49,968 bases of DNA from Lawsonibacter sp. (GTDB lineage: Bacteria > Bacillota > Clostridia > Oscillospirales > Oscillospiraceae): NCBI GenBank assembly GCA_045604585.1, contig JAZUOI010000065.1, positions 1 through 49,968 of the forward strand. The letters are read 5' to 3'. Below are positions 9,551 to 17,834 of this stretch, piece by piece (within the stretch, counting starts at the first letter, position 1; the number at the start of each line of letters is the position of its first letter). A program made the position numbers and the translations under genes. Below the pieces are notes generated by a model. The model was given only the letters and a program-made list of their open reading frames with translations. It ran no database searches and was not told where the DNA came from.

Positions 9551-10522
9551 TTACCTCCATCTGGCGTAGCCAAACAGCTCCATCATTTCCAGCATGATCT
9601 CAACAGCCTTGTCGGTGCAGTCTCTCATGTACGCGCGGGAATCCGCCGCGTCAAAGGAACCCTTGTTGATCTGCTCCATGCGCTCCACGACCTTCTGGGC
9701 GGCGTACTGACCGGCCTCGCGGGAAATTCTGGTCCACATATTCACACGGATGACACCGTCGTTAGGCAGGGTGTTCATCTGCTCCGGGGTCAGGCAAGAA
9801 GTGCCGTGCAGCACCAACATCTTCTTGCCAAGCTGCTCGGTGAGCATCTGGGCGCGCTCCTGATCGTAGAAAGAGTTGCCCACACTGGATGCCTGCTGCT
9901 CGGTGCCAAGATCCGCAACCAGGAAGTCAATGTTGGTCTTGCCGATAAAGTCCTTGGCCAGTTCGCAGTAGTTCTCGGAACGCAGGCTGGCGGCATCGGA
10001 CAGACCGCCCTCCACATTCGGCATCTCCATGATGCCTTCCACCAGCACATCGTCGCCGTAGGCCTTCACATAGTCCTTGGTCATTTCCACGTTTTTCTCG
10101 TAGGGGAAGCGCTGGGCGTCAAACATCACGCTGGAATAATACTGAGAACCCGCGGTCAGCGCCCAGTAGTCCCGCTCCGGATCGGCGTGATCCAGATGGG
10201 GCAGCACTGCCACGTGGGGATACATGGCATACTTGCTGCCGCACAGGGCGTTCAGGTGGGACATATGGGACAGCAGAGCGGTTTTCGGGTTGCCGCAGTA
10301 GAGCATGCGCTGAGCCTGAGGCATGTGTTCGTAAGTAAAGGTGTTGGACACCACCACCGGGATCTGGTCGATGCCGTAACGCTGGGCAAAGGTCTCGGCG
10401 GCGATCAGGGTCGCCTCGGTGTTCCAGTGGCTGGCGGTTCCGAAAATCGCGATTCCCACATTGTTTTCCGCTGCGCGGTCAAATATTTTTCTGGATTCTT
10501 TCCGATCGACAATAATGGACAT
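9551..10522 (-). CDS. class II (metal-dependent) aldolase, fructose/tagatose-bisphosphate aldolase family, variant
   Basis: PHLDHA, SSVMFDA, VLHGTS motifs. Confidence 0.75.
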   Translation of the reverse strand: MSIIVDRKESRKIFDRAAENNVGIAIFGTASHWNTEATLIAAETFAQRYGIDQIPVVVSNTFTYEHMPQAQRMLYCGNPKTALLSHMSHLNALCGSKYAMYPHVAVLPHLDHADPERDYWALTAGSQYYSSVMFDAQRFPYEKNVEMTKDYVKAYGDDVLVEGIMEMPNVEGGLSDAASLRSENYCELAKDFIGKTNIDFLVADLGTEQQASSVGNSFYDQERAQMLTEQLGKKMLVLHGTSCLTPEQMNTLPNDGVIRVNMWTRISREAGQYAAQKVVERMEQINKGSFDAADSRAYMRDCTDKAVEIMLEMMELFGYARWR

Positions 10523-10552
10523 AGTTATTCACTCCTGTTTTCTGTTTCCTGA

Positions 10553-11947
10553 TTAGAGCATGGGAATCTCGCGATAGCCCAGATACTTCACAAAGGCCTC
10601 GCGCACCACGTTGGCCACATGGTTGGGGGTGATCAGCGCGTGGTGACGGAAACCGGCCATGGCGATATTGTGCATTTTCTGCTGCAGGTTCTCCGCCTGC
10701 AGAACGCCGCCCGTACCGAAGAATGCCTCTTCGATGGGATCATCGGTGATTCGACCCTGATCCACGTAGAACTGGATCTCGCCCGCTTCCGTTCTTCCAC
10801 CGGCATAAGTGATCTCGCCCGGCTTGACCTGGGCGATATTCACGCCCCAGCTGCAGTTCGGACCCGAGGTCTTCACAAACATCTTGTGCTCCTCGATGAC
10901 ACCGGGCTTGACCATGAGATCCATGGGCAGGGGACCGCAGTGGAACACGATGCACTTATCCTCCGCGTCGCCGTAGTTGTTGTTCAGATCCAGACAGCCG
11001 GACGGACGGTTGCCCGCCAGGGTCAGACCCAGCATGGGGATAACATTGGATACGTCGGTCTCGCAGGCGATAGGAATCAGCGCCTGGTTGAACAGACCCA
11101 TGACCGCGCAGGGGGTAATGGAAAACTCCGCCTGCAGTTCACTCCAGCAACGAATGGCAAGAGCGTCCAGGCTGTTCTCTTTGATCAGATCATCCATCGC
11201 CGCGGCAAGGCAGCCGATGCGGACAAACTGCTCCTTGGGCACGTCGCGGAAATCGGATGTCTCCAGCAGCCGATCCTGCCACAGCTTGACCTCTGCCTCG
11301 GTGCCGTTGCGCTTGCGCACCGCCGCAAACAGCGAGGACATATCATAGCTCTCCACGTCAATGCCGTGACGTTCCAGAGCCATTTCATCATAACGCACGC
11401 TCTTGAAGGCCGTGGTACGCGCGCCCAATGCGCCGATTCGCGCATGCTTCATGGTACGCACGATGCGGCAGATGCCGGCGAAGTCCAGCAGCTGCTGGTG
11501 GAATCTGGGATCGGAAGGATGGATAGTAAAGGGCGTAAAGGTCGTGTAACGCACACCCATCTGCTTAAACACGCTACACAATGCCATTTTACCGCAGAAC
11601 GCGTCGCGCCGGTTTGCAAAGTCCATTTTGCCGATCTCGTCCGGATAGGCCTGCAGCAGGATGGGAACCTGCACATCCCGGATGGCTTCCTTGATTCCGT
11701 TTTCATCACCGAAGTTGGGCAGACAGATGACCACACCATCGTATTCACCGTCGTGCTCCTTCAGGAACTGCGCGTAAATACGCCCTTCCTGCATGGTCTC
11801 CACCGCACCGTATTTGGTGCGCTCCACTTCCATGTCCAGACACTCCACACCGGCCTTGGTAAAAGCCGCTTTCATCTCCTCGCGGGCAGACTGAATCACT
11901 GTACTGGGGAAAAACCCACGATTGGCAACAAGCAACGCAAATTTCAT
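10553..11947 (-). CDS. L-fucose/L-arabinose isomerase-like protein
   Basis: MKFALLVANRGFF start with GGAGG; NFGDE, RRDAFCGK, IACETD, FHCG, GFRHH. Confidence 0.8.
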   Translation of the reverse strand: MKFALLVANRGFFPSTVIQSAREEMKAAFTKAGVECLDMEVERTKYGAVETMQEGRIYAQFLKEHDGEYDGVVICLPNFGDENGIKEAIRDVQVPILLQAYPDEIGKMDFANRRDAFCGKMALCSVFKQMGVRYTTFTPFTIHPSDPRFHQQLLDFAGICRIVRTMKHARIGALGARTTAFKSVRYDEMALERHGIDVESYDMSSLFAAVRKRNGTEAEVKLWQDRLLETSDFRDVPKEQFVRIGCLAAAMDDLIKENSLDALAIRCWSELQAEFSITPCAVMGLFNQALIPIACETDVSNVIPMLGLTLAGNRPSGCLDLNNNYGDAEDKCIVFHCGPLPMDLMVKPGVIEEHKMFVKTSGPNCSWGVNIAQVKPGEITYAGGRTEAGEIQFYVDQGRITDDPIEEAFFGTGGVLQAENLQQKMHNIAMAGFRHHALITPNHVANVVREAFVKYLGYREIPML

Positions 11948-12098
11948 GTTATGGCCTCCTATTCTTTTTTTGCTTTTTGGTGTACGCACACACACGTTCA
12001 GCACGTGTGCATTCTCTATAAAAAAGATATCAATTCCGCAGCAAATCGTCCATTGACAAATAGCAACCATGTATGGCAAAATCATAACTGAGGAGGCG

Positions 12099-12902
12099 AT
12101 GTTTGTGCCGTTGACCTATCACTTTTTTCCGTGTGATGAGCTGCCCCTTCCCCGTATCTCTTCCATGGGGTTTGCCACGGATCCCGCCGAAACGAAATAC
12201 GGCCCGGCCCGACGCAATCGATACTTGATCCACTATGTTTTTTCGGGAAAGGGCTACTTTAACGACACCCCCGTAACGCGTGGACAGGGCTTTTTGACTA
12301 CCCCCGGCATTTTTGAGCATTATTATTCGGACAAAGAGGATCCATGGCACTATCTCTGGGTCATCTTCGACGATCCGGCGGCAGCGCCCTATTACCCTCT
12401 GCACAACGCGGATCCGAACACTGGCGTGTTCTCCTATTGCAACGTCAACGTTGTCGAGGATGCGGTGCAGCGGATGCGTTCTGCCCGGGACCGTGGCTTT
12501 TTCTCTTCTGTCCAGCTGACGGAACTGTTCCTGCGGATTTTCAACCGCTGCGTGTGCCCGACCCCAAACAACACCAAAACCAATGAAAAATTCTATGTGG
12601 ACTATTGCATGAACTTCATTCAAACCAGTCTGCATCTGCCCATCACGGTAGATGCTCTGTGTCAGAAGCTGGGGATCTCGCAGACTTATCTGTGCCGCAT
12701 TTTTCAAAAAAATCTTCACTGTTCCCCAAAACAGTATCTGTCCCAATGCCGCCTGCTGCAGGCACAAAAGCTGCTGCTGGAAACGGATCTTTCTATATCG
12801 GACGTTGCCGCCGCGGTGGGCTACAGCGATGTGCTGTCCTTTTCCAGATTCTTTTCCGGAAAACGAAATATGTCTCCCACGGAATACAGAAAGCAAATAT
12901 AA
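12099..12902 (+). CDS. AraC family transcriptional regulator
   Basis: Cupin N-domain (YLIHYVFSGKG) and C-terminal double HTH (VGYSDVLSFSRFF); AGGAGG RBS before ATG 12099. Confidence 0.9.
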   Translation: MFVPLTYHFFPCDELPLPRISSMGFATDPAETKYGPARRNRYLIHYVFSGKGYFNDTPVTRGQGFLTTPGIFEHYYSDKEDPWHYLWVIFDDPAAAPYYPLHNADPNTGVFSYCNVNVVEDAVQRMRSARDRGFFSSVQLTELFLRIFNRCVCPTPNNTKTNEKFYVDYCMNFIQTSLHLPITVDALCQKLGISQTYLCRIFQKNLHCSPKQYLSQCRLLQAQKLLLETDLSISDVAAAVGYSDVLSFSRFFSGKRNMSPTEYRKQI

Positions 12903-12975
12903 TTCTGCGGGTTTCGTGCCCGGGAAGGGGAGGGAAACGCGAAGCCTGATTGGCGTATCGTGACGCAGAACGAAA

Positions 12976-13298
12976 AAAAGACCCGCCACCCGAGTGGGTG
13001 ACAGGATGGGGACCCCGCACGAGCCCAACGAAGTGGGTCGTGTGGGGAAAGGACGAGCGGCAGAATGAATGAACGTCCGCATTTATGCGGATGTGAACGA
13101 TATGCCGCCCGCGAGGACGCGGCACGCCCGAAGGGACGCAGCCGCTTGCGCGTCTGCCGTCCTTGCGGCATAGCCGCTGCGGACTTCGCGGCGCATGGCA
13201 TGCCCCCGGCATGCCATGTGACCGCCGCTCACCCTCTCAGGGTTCGGGCCCCTTCGTGCGAGAAGAACAAAAGACCCGCCACCCGAGTGGGTGACAGG
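12976..13298. repeat. tRNA-linked repeat block
   Basis: 30-bp direct repeat AAAAGACCCGCCACCCGAGTGGGTGACAGG at 12976-13005 and 13269-13298; 17-bp extra copy of tRNA-Arg 3' end at 13121-13137; inverted T-arm copy at 13240-13260. Confidence 0.8.
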
Positions 13299-13300
13299 TC

Positions 13301-13348
13301 TTTTGGCACGCCCGAAGGGACTCGAACCCCCAACTTTCAGAACCGGAA
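13301..13348 (-). repeat. att site: duplicated 3' end of tRNA-Arg(CCG)
   Basis: 48-bp exact match to 25611-25658. Confidence 0.95.
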
Positions 13349-13390
13349 GCAGGGCAGAATGAAACGGCGTATCCATTGCGGCTGTAGTTA

Positions 13391-14497
13391 TCAGCCGCTT
13401 TTTTCTTTCTCGTTTCCACCGGACTTTCCACCAGTCCCGTCCAAAAGGGCAATGCCGGCATGGAGTGTACCGCTGTCCCGGTGGGTATAGATGTTGGCAG
13501 TGGTCTGGATGTCGGAGTGGCCCATCAGCTCCTTGGCCACATTGAGGGGAACGCCGGCGCGCTGCAGGTCGGTGCAGAAGGTGTGCCGCAGGCAGTAGGG
13601 AGTTAGATCCGGGGCGACCTTGCTCTCAGTGATCTTGTTCCGCTCCAGCTTAGCCCCAAGGTAAATGTCCAGATCGCGCTTAAAGCCTGTCCACAGGCGG
13701 CGCATGCTGTTTTCGTTCTGACGGTTTCCAGCCTGCGTGGGAAAGACAGGGGAGAAGGGCCGTCCCTGGGCCTCTCTGAGCCTCCAGGCAAGGTCAGAGT
13801 GTATGGGGATGTCCCGAACCCCTGCGGCCGTCTTGGGGCCTTTAATGGCCGTGGAGCCGCTTTCTTTGGCGGCGTGTATGTGGATCTCGTTGTGGGCGAA
13901 GTCAACATCAGCCCAGGTCAAAGCCGCCGTCTCACCCGGTCTCATGCCGGTGTAGAGTAAAGTCAAGATCCAGAGACCGGAGCGGTGATGCTCTGCCACG
14001 GCCAGGATTGCCTTGCGTTCCTCCTCTGTGATAGATCTCCGGCGTCCCTCTGTGACGGTGGGTAGTTCCAGTGTCTCTGCCGGATCGTAGATGATAAGCC
14101 GGGACTGTCTGGCACGCTTGAACATCTCCTGCAGTACCATGCGGATCTTCTTCACATGGGAGACAGAGCGGCCGGCCTGTTGGTTGAGGATCTTCTGAAG
14201 GTGGGCATCCCTTACGTCTCTCAGCTTCATGTGGCCCACCCTGGGCTTGATGTACTTGGTGTACTTCTCGTCATACATCCCCAGAGATTTGGCGGTCAGG
14301 CCTTTTGGCTCTTTGTAGAGGGTTTTCCACTGTTTGTACCAGGTGTCCACGCTCATGGAGCCAGAGATCGTTTCCTCGCCACGCTTGGCAGCGGCCAGCT
14401 TCTCTGCCAGCTTGGTCATAGCCTCCAACTCGGTCTTGCCGGTGGCCTCGTACTTCTTGCCGTTGTACCGGGCAGTCTTTCGGATATAGTTTGCCAC
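13391..14497 (-). CDS. tyrosine recombinase/integrase
   Basis: YTGMRPGE (R), PKT (K), YCLRHTF, MGHSDIQTTANIY (H,Y); GTG start with AAGGAG RBS; adjacent to att. Confidence 0.95.
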   Translation of the reverse strand: MANYIRKTARYNGKKYEATGKTELEAMTKLAEKLAAAKRGEETISGSMSVDTWYKQWKTLYKEPKGLTAKSLGMYDEKYTKYIKPRVGHMKLRDVRDAHLQKILNQQAGRSVSHVKKIRMVLQEMFKRARQSRLIIYDPAETLELPTVTEGRRRSITEEERKAILAVAEHHRSGLWILTLLYTGMRPGETAALTWADVDFAHNEIHIHAAKESGSTAIKGPKTAAGVRDIPIHSDLAWRLREAQGRPFSPVFPTQAGNRQNENSMRRLWTGFKRDLDIYLGAKLERNKITESKVAPDLTPYCLRHTFCTDLQRAGVPLNVAKELMGHSDIQTTANIYTHRDSGTLHAGIALLDGTGGKSGGNEKEKSG

Positions 14498-14515
14498 GTT
14501 TGTCTCCTTTCGTAT

Positions 14516-14635
14516 TTGACACCGTGGCCCGGAAAGGATATAATAATGGGCGCACTGGTGCCGTATGATTTGATCGTCTGTGGTATTTGTGCATCGCCGC
14601 CTTCGGTGTTGGTAGCACCGGGGGCGGTTTTCTTA
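14516..14635 (+). ncRNA. candidate antisense small RNA unit (promoter plus ~85-nt transcript plus terminator)
   Basis: TTGACA-17-TATAAT (14516-14544) followed by hairpin CCGCCTTCGGTG/CACCGGGGGCGG and T-tract; no ORF between. Confidence 0.55.
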
Positions 14636-14637
14636 TT

Positions 14638-14958
14638 TTAGGCAAATTCGGTATGCAGGGTCTTCCACTTTTTCAGTTTGATGCTCAGCCAAAAACCGTA
14701 GATTCCAAAAGTGATGATTGTCAGAACAAACCACTTGATCCAGTTTCCGAACAGCTGCAGGGCGGTGCCGGTGAACTTCAGTCTCTGGCCGTTGATCACG
14801 GTATGCTTGATTTCCCAATTGTAAATCATGCAGCATGCCCAAGGGTAGCAGATTCCGAGCGTACAGACGGTAACGAGTGCGCCTAAGATTCCCCAACCGA
14901 TTAACTGCAGCAGGCCTCCGTCGAAGTATGATTTTTGGGTTTCTACTTTGATTTCCAT
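14638..14958 (-). CDS. small membrane protein, DUF898/YjgN-like
   Basis: Two internal repeats (FDGGLLQLIGW..TLGI.YPW / FTGTALQLFGNW..TFGIYGFW); GAGGAG RBS. Confidence 0.7.
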   Translation of the reverse strand: MEIKVETQKSYFDGGLLQLIGWGILGALVTVCTLGICYPWACCMIYNWEIKHTVINGQRLKFTGTALQLFGNWIKWFVLTIITFGIYGFWLSIKLKKWKTLHTEFA

Positions 14959-15013
14959 AAATGCATTTCTCCTCTCTATATTTCCGCCTCCGATGCCAGA
15001 GGCGGTTTTTGAT

Positions 15014-15889
15014 TTATTCGTCCACAGGGAGCTTGAGCTGATTGTGCATGTAATTCAGCTCCCGAGCGCCCTTGCTCTCTGAGAGCGTTTTCATCTGATA
15101 GACCACGGTTTCGCGCAACTTTTGAAGGCGTGCTTGCTGAGGAACACCTTGCTCAATGAGGAAGGCATTGAGGTTTTCCAGGTTGGTCAGCACAAGCAGC
15201 TGCTCAATGGTGGCATAGTCCCGCATATTGCCCTTCACGCCGGGATTTTCTGCGCGCCATTGCTTGGCGGTTTTTCCGAACAGCGCTACATTCAGCACAT
15301 CGGCCTCATCGGCATAGACATAACCCTGCTGTGGCTTGGGCAGCTCCGGCAGGATCAGGTTGTCCTTGATGGCATCAGTGTGAATTCGATAGTTCGTGCT
15401 GGCCAGAATGCGCTTGACGTTCCAATCCAGTGCGAGCCGGTGGCTCTCATCACCCTTTAAGCGCTGGTAGTCCTTGATGATATACAGCTTGAACTCCGGG
15501 GAGATCCAGGAGGCGAATTCAAAGGCAATATCCTTGTGTGCCAGAGTGGCGGCGTATCGGCCTTGCTTTGAGGTAATGCCAATGGCCTGCGTATCGTGAA
15601 TCCATTTCTTGGGGGTCATGGCAAAACTGTTTGCACCGGAGGCATCTCTAATTGCCTCGAATTCGATGCAATTAAAATTCGGGTTGTTGAGCTGCTCCCA
15701 TAGCCCTAAGAATTCTATGGTTCCCCGGTTACGCATCCAGTTCTGAATGACATATCCCGGTAGTTCGGGATTATGGTACTTGGCAATATCGGTCAGCGAA
15801 ATATAGTCGTCTTCGCTGCCAACTGTGGTGACAACGGCAATTTCTACACCGCTTGCGTGGATGATACTCTCTACTTTTTTAGCACTCAT
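15014..15889 (-). CDS. KilA-N domain DNA-binding protein
   Basis: DYISLTDIAK, NWMRNRGTIEFLGLWE, AHKDIAFEFASWISPEF; ATG 15889 after AAGGAG. Confidence 0.85.
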   Translation of the reverse strand: MSAKKVESIIHASGVEIAVVTTVGSEDDYISLTDIAKYHNPELPGYVIQNWMRNRGTIEFLGLWEQLNNPNFNCIEFEAIRDASGANSFAMTPKKWIHDTQAIGITSKQGRYAATLAHKDIAFEFASWISPEFKLYIIKDYQRLKGDESHRLALDWNVKRILASTNYRIHTDAIKDNLILPELPKPQQGYVYADEADVLNVALFGKTAKQWRAENPGVKGNMRDYATIEQLLVLTNLENLNAFLIEQGVPQQARLQKLRETVVYQMKTLSESKGARELNYMHNQLKLPVDE

Positions 15890-15943
15890 ATGCGGCACTC
15901 CTTTCTGCCCTGGGCTTGCGCCTGGGGCGTTTTTTGATGGGTC

Positions 15944-16543
15944 TTAGTTATTCAGCGCATCGGGATACACCACAGATTCAATGACATCATTAGATGCGGC
16001 GTCGATAATCTGAATATCGCAGTGAGCCTCCACGTTGGCAAACATCTGATAGATTGCAGCTTGCAGGTACACACCGAACGGGACAAACGCAGCAGCGAAC
16101 CCGGCGGCATCATATCCTGCCTTATCAACACTGATTTTGACGGAAGTAAAGTCCTTCGAATAGTCGATTGCGGTAATGTAGGGGGTATCCTCGGCCTTGA
16201 CCATACCGTCAAAGGCATCGGTGACCGTCTTGGCTGTTTCGGCCATGATTTCCTTATGCTTGGCCTTGGACATGGTCACTTTGATGGAGCCATCCTCGTT
16301 GACAACGGCCTTCTTAAAGCCCTGCTCTGCGGCATAGGCTTCAGGGTCAAAGGTAGACATATCCGTACCCTCAAAGAAAGACGCAGGCATCGTAATCTCC
16401 ACAGAGAGCAGGCTTTCGTCCACCTCAACTCCGCCACCGGAACTGGAAGCGGAACTTTGGGCGTTGTTGCCGCCACCGCACCCAGACAGGGACAGAAGCA
16501 ACATGGTGCTGGCGAGAGTGATAGAGATTGCGCGTTTGAACAT
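15944..16543 (-). CDS. lipoprotein of unknown function
   Basis: Signal peptide with lipobox LSGC then Gly/Ser linker. Confidence 0.8.
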   Translation of the reverse strand: MFKRAISITLASTMLLLSLSGCGGGNNAQSSASSSGGGVEVDESLLSVEITMPASFFEGTDMSTFDPEAYAAEQGFKKAVVNEDGSIKVTMSKAKHKEIMAETAKTVTDAFDGMVKAEDTPYITAIDYSKDFTSVKISVDKAGYDAAGFAAAFVPFGVYLQAAIYQMFANVEAHCDIQIIDAASNDVIESVVYPDALNN

Positions 16544-16588
16544 AATAGTATCCTCCTTTGCCCTGGCTCACGCCTGGGGCGTTTTTAT

Positions 16589-17038
16589 TTAGCTATTCAG
16601 TGCCAGATAGTTGTTATAAGCCAGCTCCTGAAGCATCTTGTACAGTCCCTGAATGTTATATTTTTTCGGGAACTCATATTTTTTGCTGCCGAGCTGCAGA
16701 TTGTGTGCCTTCATATTGGGCGTGATGATGTAATCAATGGTCAATTCGCTATCATCCAGGCCAAAGCCGGCGGTTTCGGCGGTAACATGGTAGACCGACC
16801 TAAGGTTAATTGAATCTACGCGCATTTTCTGGCCGGTGGCACCCTGCTTGTCAAAACTCATGATGCGCTTGTCGGTGATAATGACCACGTCACGGACCAG
16901 CTTGAAGCCGACTTGGATGGATTCGCCACTCATCAGATACATTCCGAATTCCTTTTCGAGAGCTGCTGGATCAACCTCGCTCATGTTGCCGAGCAATCCT
17001 TGAATGACGCTTCCGCCTAATTTGTCCATAATTCCCAT
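16589..17038 (-). CDS. bacterial PH-domain protein (bPH_1/YvbH-like)
   Basis: FKLVRDVVIITDKRIMSFDKQGATGQK, ETAGFGLDDSEL. Confidence 0.8.
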   Translation of the reverse strand: MGIMDKLGGSVIQGLLGNMSEVDPAALEKEFGMYLMSGESIQVGFKLVRDVVIITDKRIMSFDKQGATGQKMRVDSINLRSVYHVTAETAGFGLDDSELTIDYIITPNMKAHNLQLGSKKYEFPKKYNIQGLYKMLQELAYNNYLALNS

Positions 17039-17074
17039 AATATTTTCCTCCTTGTCCGGCTCCGGCCGGATTTT

Positions 17075-17503
17075 TTATTTGTCTTCGGTCTTCCGGTAGT
17101 CTGGGATCTTCGTCAGCTCCTCAACGCGTTCTACGGCCACTTGCTGGCCTTTGGGGTTGAGCTCGTCAAATGAAGCGAGAAGTTTAGATTGAGCGGAGTC
17201 GTTGCTTCGGTGTACTTCGTGGTTTTCGTCTTCAAGGATACGATCAAACCAAGGAAACAAGCTTTGGATGCCGTTGCTTACTTGGGCTCCCGACATACCA
17301 GCCAACCGGGCAAGACTCTGTAGTTCGTCTATGTCCACTTGCAGCACTAAGCACAAGCGAGCGAAAATCTCATCCCTTGGGATTCGCTGGTTGCTTTCAT
17401 ATCGACTAATTGCAGTTTTTGTTGTATAGACAGCAGCAGCAAGAGCTTCTTGCGTCATTCCTGCCCTTTTTCTTGCAGCTTTAAGCTGCTCGCCGAAGGT
17501 CAT
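17075..17503 (-). CDS. Xre/cI-like repressor
   Basis: FGEQLKAARKRAGMTQEALA...ISRYE HTH; C-terminal LNPKGQQVAVERVEEL; ATG 17503 with GAGGTG RBS. Confidence 0.88.
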   Translation of the reverse strand: MTFGEQLKAARKRAGMTQEALAAAVYTTKTAISRYESNQRIPRDEIFARLCLVLQVDIDELQSLARLAGMSGAQVSNGIQSLFPWFDRILEDENHEVHRSNDSAQSKLLASFDELNPKGQQVAVERVEELTKIPDYRKTEDK

Positions 17504-17524
17504 AATGCTCACCTCACAATGACT

Positions 17525-17620
17525 ATTATAGCCGATGTTACCACAAAGTCAACTTTTTTTCAAAAACCTGTTGACAAAAAGTTGCCGATATGGTTACAAT
17601 TGTGTTGCCGATGCGGTAAC
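17525..17620. promoter_or_regulatory. divergent switch promoters with three 17-bp operator-like palindromes
   Basis: Minus TTGACT-16-TATAAT; plus TTGACA-18-TACAAT; GTTACC-N5-GTCAAC (17537), GTTGCC-N5-GGTTAC (17581), GTTGCC-N5-GGTAAC (17604). Confidence 0.7.
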
Positions 17621-17639
17621 ACCGGGAGGAGGTGAAGAA

Positions 17640-17831
17640 GTGAGAATTAACCGAGAGCGCTTTGCGGTTGCCATGGTGCGGCACGATTTGAACGGCGAAA
17701 AACTGGCTTCGTTGTCTGGTGTGTCCCGGTACACCATCACGGCTGTCAAGAATGGCAAGAGCTGCAGCAAAGAGACAGCGGACAAGCTGGCGGCAGTCTT
17801 GGGCCGCAATATCATTGAAAAGGAGGATTGA
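17640..17831 (+). CDS. Cro-like HTH protein
   Basis: GTG start after GGAGGAGG; LASLSGVSRYTITAVKNG HTH; divergent from repressor. Confidence 0.8.
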   Translation: MRINRERFAVAMVRHDLNGEKLASLSGVSRYTITAVKNGKSCSKETADKLAAVLGRNIIEKED

Positions 17832-17834
17832 GCT

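Noticed and set aside
7288-9597. 769-aa plus-strand ORF (also 10619-12091, 36476-38431, 47206-48579 and similar)
   Set aside because: Antisense to well-supported genes
12976-13348. CRISPR array or second tRNA
   Set aside because: Only two repeat copies ~290 bp apart, no cas genes; the tRNA-like copy lacks the 5' half
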